Assembly: GCA_965652295.1 (NCBI GenBank)
Contig: CBFGTS010000001.1
Coordinates: 1-64,000 of the forward strand
From: an uncultured Haloferula sp.
Lineage (GTDB): Bacteria > Verrucomicrobiota > Verrucomicrobiia > Verrucomicrobiales > Akkermansiaceae
Reading direction: 5' to 3'
DNA length: 64,000 nucleotides
Positions 18,353 to 27,310 of this stretch are shown one piece after another. The notes below the pieces were generated by a model. It was not told where the DNA came from. It saw only the letters and a program-made list of their open reading frames with translations, and did no database searches. A program made the position numbers and the translations under genes. Position 1 is the stretch's first letter; each line of letters starts with the position of its first letter.

Positions 18353-20563
18353 ATGAAACACCGACGTCCGAAGTACTGTGCTGCTTCATCCCTCGCTTTG
18401 GTCCTTTTCCTCATCGTGCCCGGTCTTGCTGCGAAATCGGCAGCCGAGCTTCCATCCTACGCGATCTTTCGGGAGATCATGGCACCTGACTCCCAAGTGA
18501 ATGATATCGAACCGGTGGCCATGAATGATGCGGCCCAGGTGGTCGGCACTCTAACCCGCAGGCATTCCAATGGTTCGGAAACCCACTCGGTCTTTCTCGT
18601 CGATGGCATGCAGTGGCGGGAGCTCCCTTTGCCCCACGGAGCGGATTATCCCCGCGGGACGGCGATCAGCGAACCCGCACCGGACGGGTCGTTCTTCGTG
18701 ACCGGCGCTGCGAACTTCGAGGATGGCTTCTCCCGTGGTATTGTCTGGTCCTTTGGCCCCTCCGCCGCCGGCCATCCGCTCGCCGCGACCCACACTCTCA
18801 CCAACGTTGTCCTGCCCGAGGATTCCGCCAAACCGGGAGAGCAATCATGGGCGACGCCTACAGGTGTGTCGCCCGCCGGCACGGTCGTCGGTCACGGAGT
18901 CAGCTACATCGCGGGTGTTCCGCTCTACTGGCTGCCTCCCTACAACGCTCCTGCGCAGCGGGCCGAGCCGTTGGATCCCGGAACCAGCGGAGATGTCATC
19001 CACGGCATCGATGGGTCGGGAAACATGCTGCAATCCACTTTCATGGCCGGCATTTTCCTCTCCGATCAGCTCATTCCGGGCTCGGTGCCGACTGGCATCT
19101 GGGACCCTCAGCAGTGGATCGCCACCTCCGTTCGTGGGGGGTGGGCCACCGGGTATTTCGCCGGTTCAGGTTCCGAGAGGCATACGTGGCGCTGGACTTT
19201 CGGAATGTCCGGGGCCGCGATCATCGACAATCACCAGGCGGCCTCGATCAACGGTTCCGGCACCGTGCTTGGTCGTCGGGTCGATCCGGAACACCCGTCC
19301 GTGCAACAGACCGAAGTCATCGGCACCTCGTCGCGCGAACTGCTTGCCGACCTGATTCCCTCGGGACTGCGTCTCGGGGACGGGACCCTGGCGTACTGGC
19401 TCGCGGATACCTCCGCGTTTCCCCCTGTAGCGATCAACAATGCCGGCCTGATCCTGGTGCGTAGAGGCCGGAGTTCCTTTCAAGATGCCGATCGTTTCGT
19501 GATCCTGGCCCCGTCCGGCTATGGCGAGGCGGCGGGCTCGACGCTGTCCGCTCCGGTGGCGGTATCCGCCAAGCCGTCCCAAGCCCTCGGTTTCCGGATC
19601 TCCGGCCTCAAGCCGGGCCACCAGCTCTTCGGCGCTTGGAAAGGCAGCGGGACTTTCCCGCCGGTAACGATGGTCCCCGGCGGTGCCGAGACCTTCGCTC
19701 CCAACGCTGGCGGGGATCACGTCCTCCAATGGTGGGCAGTGGGGCCGGACAGCGTTTCCACCTTTGTCGAAACCTCGGTCCACGTCCCGGCTCCGGTCTC
19801 CGTTTCCGTGGGCTCCACGACGGAGGGATACCCCGCCTCCGCCTATCTCTCGATCTCCGGCAGTTCGGCTGAGCCCGTTTCGGTGAGCTATCACACGGAG
19901 GCTGCCTCAGCGGCTGCGGGCTCGGATTTCACCCCCGTGTCGGGCACCGTCCTGCTGTCTCCGGACGAGGGATCGGTCATCGAAATACCGGTTCTGGTCG
20001 ACGGGATCGCCGAACCCGGTGAGACCTTCTTCTTCGTCATCGATGAAATCCTGGGAGACGTTCATTACGACGGCAGGTATCGCTGGAGCGTCGAGATCTA
20101 CGATGCGGATGGCGGCGGCGGAGAGCCGGTCTTTACACCGATGCAGGCGTGGGAAATGGAGCACTTCGGCGGCCTCAACTACGCGCTTTTCGAAGGGGAT
20201 GATGATCTGGACGGCTTCCCGGTGCTGATCGAGTACGCCCTCGGTGGCGACCCGGCCAAAGCAGAAACCCGCGGAGAACTCTTCGCCGTCGATGCTGAGG
20301 GTTCCGGTCTCCGCTTGAACTTCGCCAGACGGCCTGATCCGGATATCCGCTACTGCATCCAGAGCAGCAGTGACTTGGATGAATGGGAGCAGATCGCGGT
20401 CCTCGTGCCGGGAGCTTCGACCTGGGAGCCCTCGTCGCCCGGCGTTTTCGTGACAGAAGGCCCGGCGGACCCGGCGGGACTGATCCCGGTCCAGGTGACC
20501 GACCGCCCGTATGTTGCCGGCTCCGGGTCCCGCTACCTGCGCCTGCTCGTCGAGGAGCGTTGA
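18353..20563 (+). CDS. Secreted protein with HAF-like repeats, a Calx-beta domain and the verrucomicrobial C-terminal domain
   Basis: AMNDAAQVVG, SINGSGTVLG and AINNAGLI repeats; VSVSYHTEAASAAAGSDFTPVSGTV..DGIAEPGETF (Calx-beta); DDDLDGFPVLIEYALGGDP...YCIQSSSDLDEW...RYLRLLVEER. Confidence 0.75.
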   Translation: MKHRRPKYCAASSLALVLFLIVPGLAAKSAAELPSYAIFREIMAPDSQVNDIEPVAMNDAAQVVGTLTRRHSNGSETHSVFLVDGMQWRELPLPHGADYPRGTAISEPAPDGSFFVTGAANFEDGFSRGIVWSFGPSAAGHPLAATHTLTNVVLPEDSAKPGEQSWATPTGVSPAGTVVGHGVSYIAGVPLYWLPPYNAPAQRAEPLDPGTSGDVIHGIDGSGNMLQSTFMAGIFLSDQLIPGSVPTGIWDPQQWIATSVRGGWATGYFAGSGSERHTWRWTFGMSGAAIIDNHQAASINGSGTVLGRRVDPEHPSVQQTEVIGTSSRELLADLIPSGLRLGDGTLAYWLADTSAFPPVAINNAGLILVRRGRSSFQDADRFVILAPSGYGEAAGSTLSAPVAVSAKPSQALGFRISGLKPGHQLFGAWKGSGTFPPVTMVPGGAETFAPNAGGDHVLQWWAVGPDSVSTFVETSVHVPAPVSVSVGSTTEGYPASAYLSISGSSAEPVSVSYHTEAASAAAGSDFTPVSGTVLLSPDEGSVIEIPVLVDGIAEPGETFFFVIDEILGDVHYDGRYRWSVEIYDADGGGGEPVFTPMQAWEMEHFGGLNYALFEGDDDLDGFPVLIEYALGGDPAKAETRGELFAVDAEGSGLRLNFARRPDPDIRYCIQSSSDLDEWEQIAVLVPGASTWEPSSPGVFVTEGPADPAGLIPVQVTDRPYVAGSGSRYLRLLVEER

Positions 20564-20578
20564 ATCGACTCAAAGCAG

Positions 20579-21808
20579 CTATCGCTGCAACAGGACGGTT
20601 TTTTCATAGCCGCGGACCTCGTCGAGCCAGGCGGGGCCGACGGGAACATTACTACGTTTGCAGTACTCGTCCCAGACGGCGCCGAGGGGGAAGGTCTTCA
20701 TTTCCTCCATGAGGGCGAGGCGGGTGGTGTAGTCGCCTTCGAGTTCGGCGGCGCGGAGCTGGTCGGTGGGCTCGAGGAGCCCGGCGAGCAGGGCGCGCAG
20801 GGTGTTGCGGACGCCGATGGTCCAGGCGGCGACGCGGTTGATCGAGGCATCGAAGAAATCGAGGCCGATGTGGACGCGGTCTTCCACCTTGTTGGCGACG
20901 ATCTCGCGGGCGATGGCGTAGAGTTCGTCGGAGAGGGTGACGACGTGGTCGGAATCCCAGCGGACGCCGCGCGAGACGTGGAGCAGCAGCTCGGGGACGT
21001 AGAGCAGGCAGGAGCTGATTTTCTCCGAAATCATCTCGGTCGGATGGAAATGGCCGGCGTCGAGGCAGAGGAGGATCTGCTTCTGCATGGCGTAGCCCAT
21101 GTAAAATTCGTGGGAGCCAGTGACGAAGGCCTCGGAGCCGATGCCGAAGAGCTTGGACTCGACGGCGTCGAGGTTGTGCGGGGTGTCGAAGGCGAGGATC
21201 TCGTCGAGCGAGTCCTTGAGGCGTTGGCGCGGGGCCATGCGGTCGGCGGGGGTGTCCTTGTAGCCGTCGGGCACCCAGATGTTGGTCACGGTCTTGTCGC
21301 CGAGCTGCCGGCCCATGTCGTCGGCGATGACGCGGCAGGCTTTGCAGTGGTCGATCCAGAACTGGCGGATGCCGGCGTCCGGCGAGGAAAGCGTGAGGCC
21401 GCTGTCAGCCTTGGGGTGGGCGAAGCAGGAGGGGTTGAAGTCGAGCCCGAGGTTCTGGGATTTGCACCAGTCGATCCAGCCCTGAAAATGGCGGGTCTCG
21501 ATCGCATCGCGTTCGACCTTGGTGTCGGTCTCCAGATAGATCGCGTGGAGGTTGAGGCGGTGGTTCCCGGGGATCAGGGAAAGCGCCTTTTCGAGGTCGG
21601 CGCGGAGTTCATCGGGCGTGCGGGCTTTGCCGGGGTAATTGCCGGTGACGGCGAGACCGGAGCCAAGCTGGCCATCGGGGTTTTCAAAGCCGCCGACGTC
21701 GTCGCCCTGCCAGCACTGGATGGAGACGGGGATGGTCGAAAGGCGTGCGAGGGCGGCTTCGGTGTCGATGCCGAGCGTTGCGTATTGGTCGCGGGCGGCG
21801 GAATACAT
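20579..21808 (-). CDS. rhaA: L-rhamnose isomerase
   Basis: [95 protein letters not shown]. Confidence 0.96.
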   Translation of the reverse strand: MYSAARDQYATLGIDTEAALARLSTIPVSIQCWQGDDVGGFENPDGQLGSGLAVTGNYPGKARTPDELRADLEKALSLIPGNHRLNLHAIYLETDTKVERDAIETRHFQGWIDWCKSQNLGLDFNPSCFAHPKADSGLTLSSPDAGIRQFWIDHCKACRVIADDMGRQLGDKTVTNIWVPDGYKDTPADRMAPRQRLKDSLDEILAFDTPHNLDAVESKLFGIGSEAFVTGSHEFYMGYAMQKQILLCLDAGHFHPTEMISEKISSCLLYVPELLLHVSRGVRWDSDHVVTLSDELYAIAREIVANKVEDRVHIGLDFFDASINRVAAWTIGVRNTLRALLAGLLEPTDQLRAAELEGDYTTRLALMEEMKTFPLGAVWDEYCKRSNVPVGPAWLDEVRGYEKTVLLQR

Positions 21809-21896
21809 GAGATGGCGGATGGAAGATGGTGGATGGAGGGATCCGGAGAGGCGTTGGATTTCAAATCCACGATCCGCGATCTTCCATCTGAGATCG
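21809..21896. repeat. Heptamer tandem repeats in two complementary tracts (potential hairpin)
   Basis: GATGGCG GATGGAA GATGGTG GATGGAG ... GATTTCA AATCCAC GATCCGC GATCTTC CATCTGA. Confidence 0.75.
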
Positions 21897-22094
21897 TCAG
21901 ATCTCGACCTGGCTGTCGGTGGGCTGGAGTTTGTTGGAGCCGAGCCATGGGGTGGCACCGAGGAACCAGACGATCATGCCGAGGAGCATGACTTTCTTGT
22001 TGGTTTCCAGATCGATGGCGCCGGTGAAGAGGAGGATGGGGCCGGCGGCGGTGGCGATCAGGCCGCCGATGGCGATGGGTTTGAAGGCTTTCAT
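21897..22094 (-). CDS. Small two-TM membrane protein (65 aa)
   Basis: Two hydrophobic helices ([36 protein letters not shown]); starts 6 bp after the permease stop. Confidence 0.75.
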   Translation of the reverse strand: MKAFKPIAIGGLIATAAGPILLFTGAIDLETNKKVMLLGMIVWFLGATPWLGSNKLQPTDSQVEI

Positions 22095-22100
22095 GGCGGG

Positions 22101-23474
22101 TCAGGCTTTCTTTTGGATGAGCTTGCTGAGGACGATGTAGAGCAGGCCGCAGGCGACCCAGCAGGGAATCACGAGGTAGGCCGGGAAGGCTCCGAAGGTT
22201 GCGGTGGTGAAAATCAGGTAGAGGCCGACGGCGACCGGCAGCAGCCAGGCGATGAGGGCGGCGGGGTGGAAATACGAGCCGGTGGCGTGGGCGTATTCCT
22301 CACGCAGGCCCAGTTTTTTCATCAGCCAGAAATCGACGAAGATGACGGCTCCCATGGGTCCGAGGACGGTGCCATAGGTGCCGACGAAGTCGAGGAGCTT
22401 GCCGGAAAGCGTGGGGAACGCGCCGGCCGCGGTGGCAATGATGCCGGCGACGAGGGTCATGACGACGCGTTTGGAATTCGGGAACATGCCCTGGAAGGCG
22501 AGGCCGGCGCGGTAGATGGTGGGATTGGCGGTGGTCCAGCCGGCGATGATGACGCAGACGATCCCGGTCCAGCCGATGGCGCGCCAGGCGAGCATGCCGG
22601 GGTTGGCGGTGGTGTCCTGATGGAGCTTGATCTGGGCGGCGAGGAGCAGGGCGGCGCAAATCCAGGCGATGTAGTGGCCGAGGAACATGCCGATCGCCGG
22701 AGCCCAGCCGGAGGACTTGTCGCGGGCGAAACGGAAGATCGAGAGATCGGCCATGCCGAAGTGCATGGCGCCATTGCACAGCCAGCCGAAGAGGACGATT
22801 TTCCAGAAGCCGAACTCCTGCACGCCGTTCTTGTCCTGGATGAAACGGACCGCGTCGTCCCAGGTGAACGGCGTGCCGGATCTCATCTGGGCGTAGGAAA
22901 CGAGGCCGCAGGCACCGAACACGATGATCATCCACGGGGCGGCGATGTTGGCGACGCGGGCGACGGTTTCATAGCCGCGGCAGGCGATCGCGGCGATCAC
23001 GGCACCGACGAGCACGACGATCAGCGTGAAGGCCGGGCTGCCGAGCTGGTACCAGTTCTCCGGCACGTCGAAGGTGACGCCGAAGGGCACGCCGACGGCT
23101 GAGGCCGAGACGGTCACCATCGCGCCGGCGAGGAAGCAGAAGAGGATGCCGTTGACGAAGTTGTAGAGCTTCACCGCCCCACCGCCGGCGATGCGCTCGA
23201 GCTGGTAGTAGAGGGTGAGGCGCTTGCTCATCGCGATGGGCGTGACGAGGAAACGCCAGGTGAGGGTGGCGAGGAGGTTGCCGAGCAGCAGGCCGAGGAT
23301 GAGATCCTGGATGCTGGCACCCGCCGCAAGGAACAGCGGGCCGATCATGAACTCGGTGCCGGCGGTGTGCTCTCCGGCATACATTCCCCAGAATTTCCCG
23401 GGGCCTTTGAGGGCGGACGAGGGGACGGGCTGGCGCTCGAATTCCTCGGTGGCGGCGTGTTCCTGCTCGGACAT
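22101..23474 (-). CDS. NCS1 (purine/cytosine permease-like) transporter
   Basis: EFERQPVP..LKG..FWGMYAGEHTAGTEFMIGP; IAGWTTANPTIYRAGLA; about 12 TM segments. Confidence 0.8.
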   Translation of the reverse strand: MSEQEHAATEEFERQPVPSSALKGPGKFWGMYAGEHTAGTEFMIGPLFLAAGASIQDLILGLLLGNLLATLTWRFLVTPIAMSKRLTLYYQLERIAGGGAVKLYNFVNGILFCFLAGAMVTVSASAVGVPFGVTFDVPENWYQLGSPAFTLIVVLVGAVIAAIACRGYETVARVANIAAPWMIIVFGACGLVSYAQMRSGTPFTWDDAVRFIQDKNGVQEFGFWKIVLFGWLCNGAMHFGMADLSIFRFARDKSSGWAPAIGMFLGHYIAWICAALLLAAQIKLHQDTTANPGMLAWRAIGWTGIVCVIIAGWTTANPTIYRAGLAFQGMFPNSKRVVMTLVAGIIATAAGAFPTLSGKLLDFVGTYGTVLGPMGAVIFVDFWLMKKLGLREEYAHATGSYFHPAALIAWLLPVAVGLYLIFTTATFGAFPAYLVIPCWVACGLLYIVLSKLIQKKA

Positions 23475-23584
23475 GGTTGGTTGGGTTTTTCCAGCCACGG
23501 GGCCGGATCGGTTAGGCTCGGTAAGCCAAGCTAAAAACCCCCGCCTCTGGAAGGAAGTTCGTCGTACCCCAAACGTGGGATGAC

Positions 23585-24043
23585 TCAGTCGTCGTCGGTA
23601 CCGCCTTTTTTCTTCCGCAGCTCGTCGAGGACGGAACTCATGTCCTCCAGGCCCTGCCAGACATCCGCGAGGACGTAGATCGGCGAGCCGGTGCGCACGC
23701 AGAGCGCGATGCAGTCGGACGGGCGGGAGTCGAGCTCGACGATTTTCCGCTCCATGATCTCGTTCTCCGCCTCAAGGATGAGGCGGGCGTAGTAGATGTC
23801 GTCTTCGATGGCGACGATCACGGCGCGGCTGACGCGGGCACCGAAACCCTCGAGCGTGCGGAGAAACAGATCGTGGGTGAGCGGTCGCGGCGGCGATTGG
23901 CCGGCCATCGCGGTGTTGATGGACGCGCCGATGGCGTTGTCGATGTAGAACACGATGGCCTTTTCCCCGTTCCCGAGGAAGACGGCGCAGCCAGCCGGGG
24001 TGGGGATGAGGGCGATTGGTTCGACACGGACGAGGTCGGGCAT
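23585..24043 (-). CDS. Bifunctional nuclease family protein (DUF151)
   Basis: PPRPLTHDL; DIYYARLIL; ELDSRPSDCIAL; SPIYV. Confidence 0.92.
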   Translation of the reverse strand: MPDLVRVEPIALIPTPAGCAVFLGNGEKAIVFYIDNAIGASINTAMAGQSPPRPLTHDLFLRTLEGFGARVSRAVIVAIEDDIYYARLILEAENEIMERKIVELDSRPSDCIALCVRTGSPIYVLADVWQGLEDMSSVLDELRKKKGGTDDD

Positions 24044-24140
24044 CGAGGCCATCTTGCGCCCGGTGGGCGGCGGCTCAAGGCGAGAGTTGCCGGTGAGGGC
24101 TTGTATCGAGCTGGTGGGTGATTCACTTTGACGGGACCCG

Positions 24141-25835
24141 ATGCCGAACTCCCGCCAATGGATTCTCCGAGGAGAGCCCTTCCAGATGAATGGAAGCGGC
24201 TCCATTGCGGGCTTTCCGGCGATCCTCCGGCACCTGATCGAGCAGCGCGGGCTGCCCGCGGGCGAAGCGCTGGAGGAGTTCCTGCGGCCGAAGCTGCAAA
24301 ATCTCGGAGATCCCTTCGAGATCGGCGAAATGGACCTCGCCGTGCGACGCATTCTGGAGGCCGTCGATCGCGGGGAAAAGGTGCTGCTTTATGGCGACTA
24401 CGATGTCGATGGAGTGAGCTCGGTCGCGATCATGCGACGGGCGTTGAGCGCCTATGGCCTGCAACCCCGGCATTTCATTCCGCGGCGCAGCACGGAGGGA
24501 TACGGATTGAGTCTCGGAGCGCTGGAACGCTGCATGGCGGAGGGGGAAAAGCCCGACCTGCTGATCGCGGTGGACTGCGGGACGGTCTCGGTGGACGAGA
24601 TCGCGAAGCTCCGCGGCGAGGGCATCGACGTGATCGTGGTGGACCACCACGAGCCGGGTCCGCGCGGCCGGCCGGAGGTGGTGGCGCTGGTGAATCCGAA
24701 ATGCGGCGGCGGTCCGACCTACTTGTGCGCGGCGGGCGTGTGCTTCAAGCTGGTGCATGCGTTGATGAAGACGCGACGGCTGCCGGACTTCGATCTGAAG
24801 CCGCTGTTGGAGTTGGTGACGCTGGCGACGATCGCGGACATCGTGCCGATGATCGGGGAAAACCGGCTGATGGTTCGCCACGGCCTGCGCTTGCTGCCGC
24901 AGACCTTGAATCCCGGTCTCCAGGCACTCCAGAAGGTGGCGGCGATGAATGGTCGCGCGACCTCGATGGACATCGGTTTCCGTCTCGGTCCGCGGTTGAA
25001 CGCGGCGGGGCGGATGGATGTGCCGGAGGATGCGCTGGGAATCCTGCTGACGGACTGCCGGCGGCGCGCGGAGGAATTCGCCGTGCGGCTGGAGGGATAC
25101 AACCGGGCCCGGCAGAGCCACGAGAACCAGATCCGCACCGAGGCGCTGGCGATGCTGGAAGCGCACGACCCGGCGGAGCCGGTGATCGTGCTCGGCTCGC
25201 GCGCGTGGCATCCGGGGGTGGTGGGGATCGTCGCGTCGCGGCTGATGCGGCAGTTTCACAAGCCGACTTTCATCATTGCGATCGGAGAGGACGGCATCGG
25301 CAAGGGCAGCGGGCGGAGCATTGAGGGCGTCTCACTCGTCCAGGCGATCCATGCCTGCCGGCCGCTGTTGGTGGCGGGTGGCGGCCACGACATGGCGGCC
25401 GGGATTTCCATCACCGAGGACCAGCTTCCGGCTTTTCGCGAGGCGTTTTCCCGCTACGTCCTGGAACAGACCGACGAAGAGGCGCGGAAACCGCGGTTGC
25501 AACTCGATGCGGAGCTGCCGTTGAGCCTGCTTTCGCTGGATTTCCTGCGCGACTACGAGCTTTTGCAGCCTTTCGGAAACGGCAATCCGCAGCCGGTTTT
25601 CATGGTGACGGGGGTGCATCTGAGCGGCCCCCCGGTGCGGATGAAAAACCACCACCTGCGGCTGTTCCTGCGGCAGGGGTTGGTGGAGCACGAAGCGATT
25701 TTCTTCGGCGGTGGCGAGCGGAACCTGCCGGACCCCCCGTGGGACGTGGCGTTCACGATCGATCGCAACCATTTCCGCGGCCGGACGTCGCTGCAAATGA
25801 TCGTGCAGGACATCCGGGCGTCGGCTGGCGGTTGA
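24141..25835 (+). CDS. recJ: Single-stranded-DNA-specific exonuclease RecJ
   Basis: YGDYDVDG; EGYGL; VDCG; VDHH; TIADIVP; PRLNAAGRM; WHPGVVGIVASRL; KGSGRS; GGHDMAAG; LQPFGNGNPQP. Confidence 0.97.
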   Translation: MPNSRQWILRGEPFQMNGSGSIAGFPAILRHLIEQRGLPAGEALEEFLRPKLQNLGDPFEIGEMDLAVRRILEAVDRGEKVLLYGDYDVDGVSSVAIMRRALSAYGLQPRHFIPRRSTEGYGLSLGALERCMAEGEKPDLLIAVDCGTVSVDEIAKLRGEGIDVIVVDHHEPGPRGRPEVVALVNPKCGGGPTYLCAAGVCFKLVHALMKTRRLPDFDLKPLLELVTLATIADIVPMIGENRLMVRHGLRLLPQTLNPGLQALQKVAAMNGRATSMDIGFRLGPRLNAAGRMDVPEDALGILLTDCRRRAEEFAVRLEGYNRARQSHENQIRTEALAMLEAHDPAEPVIVLGSRAWHPGVVGIVASRLMRQFHKPTFIIAIGEDGIGKGSGRSIEGVSLVQAIHACRPLLVAGGGHDMAAGISITEDQLPAFREAFSRYVLEQTDEEARKPRLQLDAELPLSLLSLDFLRDYELLQPFGNGNPQPVFMVTGVHLSGPPVRMKNHHLRLFLRQGLVEHEAIFFGGGERNLPDPPWDVAFTIDRNHFRGRTSLQMIVQDIRASAGG

Positions 25836-25851
25836 AAGCGCCGGGAGCGGT

Positions 25852-27084
25852 TCAGCCGAGGACCGTCGCGATGCGGCGGCAGACTTCCTCGACGTTCTCG
25901 CGGGAATTGAAGGCGGAGATGCGGAAATAGCCCTCGCCCGCCGCGCCGAAGCCGGCCCCGGGGGTGATCACCACCTGCGCCTCGCCCAGCATCTTGTCGA
26001 ACATGCCCCACGAGGAAACGCCCTGCGGACACGCGACCCAGACGTAGGGTGCGTTCTCCCCTCCGAAAACCGTGAGCCCCGCCTGCTGGCAGGCCTCGCG
26101 GAGCAGGGCGGCGTTGCCCATGTAGTGTTCGATGAGTGCCGCGACCTGCTGCTTGCCTTCCGGGGAAAAGACCGCGGCGGCCCCCTTCTGGACGGGATAG
26201 GAGGCACCATTGAACTTCGTCGAGTGGCGGCGGCTCCAGAGTTGGTGGAGCGGCACGCGGGTGCCCTCCGGCGTGCTGCCGGTGACGGTTTTCGGGATCA
26301 CCACATAGGCGCAACGGACGCCGGTGAAGCCACCGTTTTTCGAAAAGGAACGGAATTCGATGCAGCAGTCCTTCGCGCCCTCGATCTCGAAGATGGAGTG
26401 CGGGATTTCCTCGTCCTGGATGAAGGCCTCGTAGGCGGCGTCGAAGAGGATGATGGCGTCGTTTTCCCGGGCGTAATCGACCCACGCCTTGAGCTGCTCG
26501 CGGCTGGCGACGGTGCCGGTGGGGTTGTTCGGGAAGCAGAGGTAGATGAGGTCCACCTTTTCCCGGGGCAGGTCGGCGACGAAGCCGTTCTCCGCGGTGC
26601 ATGGGAGGTAGACCAAGCCCTCGTAAGCACCGTTGACATCCGCGTCGCCGGTGTTTCCGGCCATCACGTTGGTGTCCACGTACACCGGGTAGACCGGATC
26701 GGTGATGGCGATGCGGTTGCCGGCACCGAAGATGTCGAGGATGTTGCCGGTGTCACACTTCGAGCCATCGGAAATGAAGACCTCGTCGGCGCTGATGCCG
26801 AGGCCGGCGTATTGGTTTTCCACGATGGCCTGGCGCAGGAACTCGTAGCCTTGCTCCGGGCCATAGCCTTTGAAGGTGGAGCGGTCGCCCTGCTCGTCGA
26901 TCGCGGCATGCATGGCCTCCCGCACGGCGGGCGGCAGGGGTTCGGTCACGTCGCCGATCCCGCAGCGGATGATGCGGCCCGCCAGTTGGGGCTGCTCGTC
27001 GCTGAACGTGCGAACGCGGCGGGCGATCTCGGGAAACAGGTAACCGGCTTTGAGCTTGAGGAAATTCGCGTTGATGGAGGCCAT
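25852..27084 (-). CDS. dapL: LL-diaminopimelate aminotransferase
   Basis: [89 protein letters not shown]. Confidence 0.97.
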   Translation of the reverse strand: MASINANFLKLKAGYLFPEIARRVRTFSDEQPQLAGRIIRCGIGDVTEPLPPAVREAMHAAIDEQGDRSTFKGYGPEQGYEFLRQAIVENQYAGLGISADEVFISDGSKCDTGNILDIFGAGNRIAITDPVYPVYVDTNVMAGNTGDADVNGAYEGLVYLPCTAENGFVADLPREKVDLIYLCFPNNPTGTVASREQLKAWVDYARENDAIILFDAAYEAFIQDEEIPHSIFEIEGAKDCCIEFRSFSKNGGFTGVRCAYVVIPKTVTGSTPEGTRVPLHQLWSRRHSTKFNGASYPVQKGAAAVFSPEGKQQVAALIEHYMGNAALLREACQQAGLTVFGGENAPYVWVACPQGVSSWGMFDKMLGEAQVVITPGAGFGAAGEGYFRISAFNSRENVEEVCRRIATVLG

Positions 27085-27310
27085 GAGGCCCGCGATCTAG
27101 CCCGGACGCCTCCGCGCCGCAAGTCTAGGAGGAGGCTGGAGCGGGATATCGGCGCGTCAGAATGACAAGATCCGGTCCGTTGAAACTTCGCCGGGTGTGC
27201 TATCGTAAGCGGCGTCGTGGTCGAAAAAATCCTCAGTTGAGCGTCTCGACGCCTCCCGGGGGCTTCGGCTAACGTCGTATCAACCCAAGAATAACAACCC
27301 GTATCAACCC

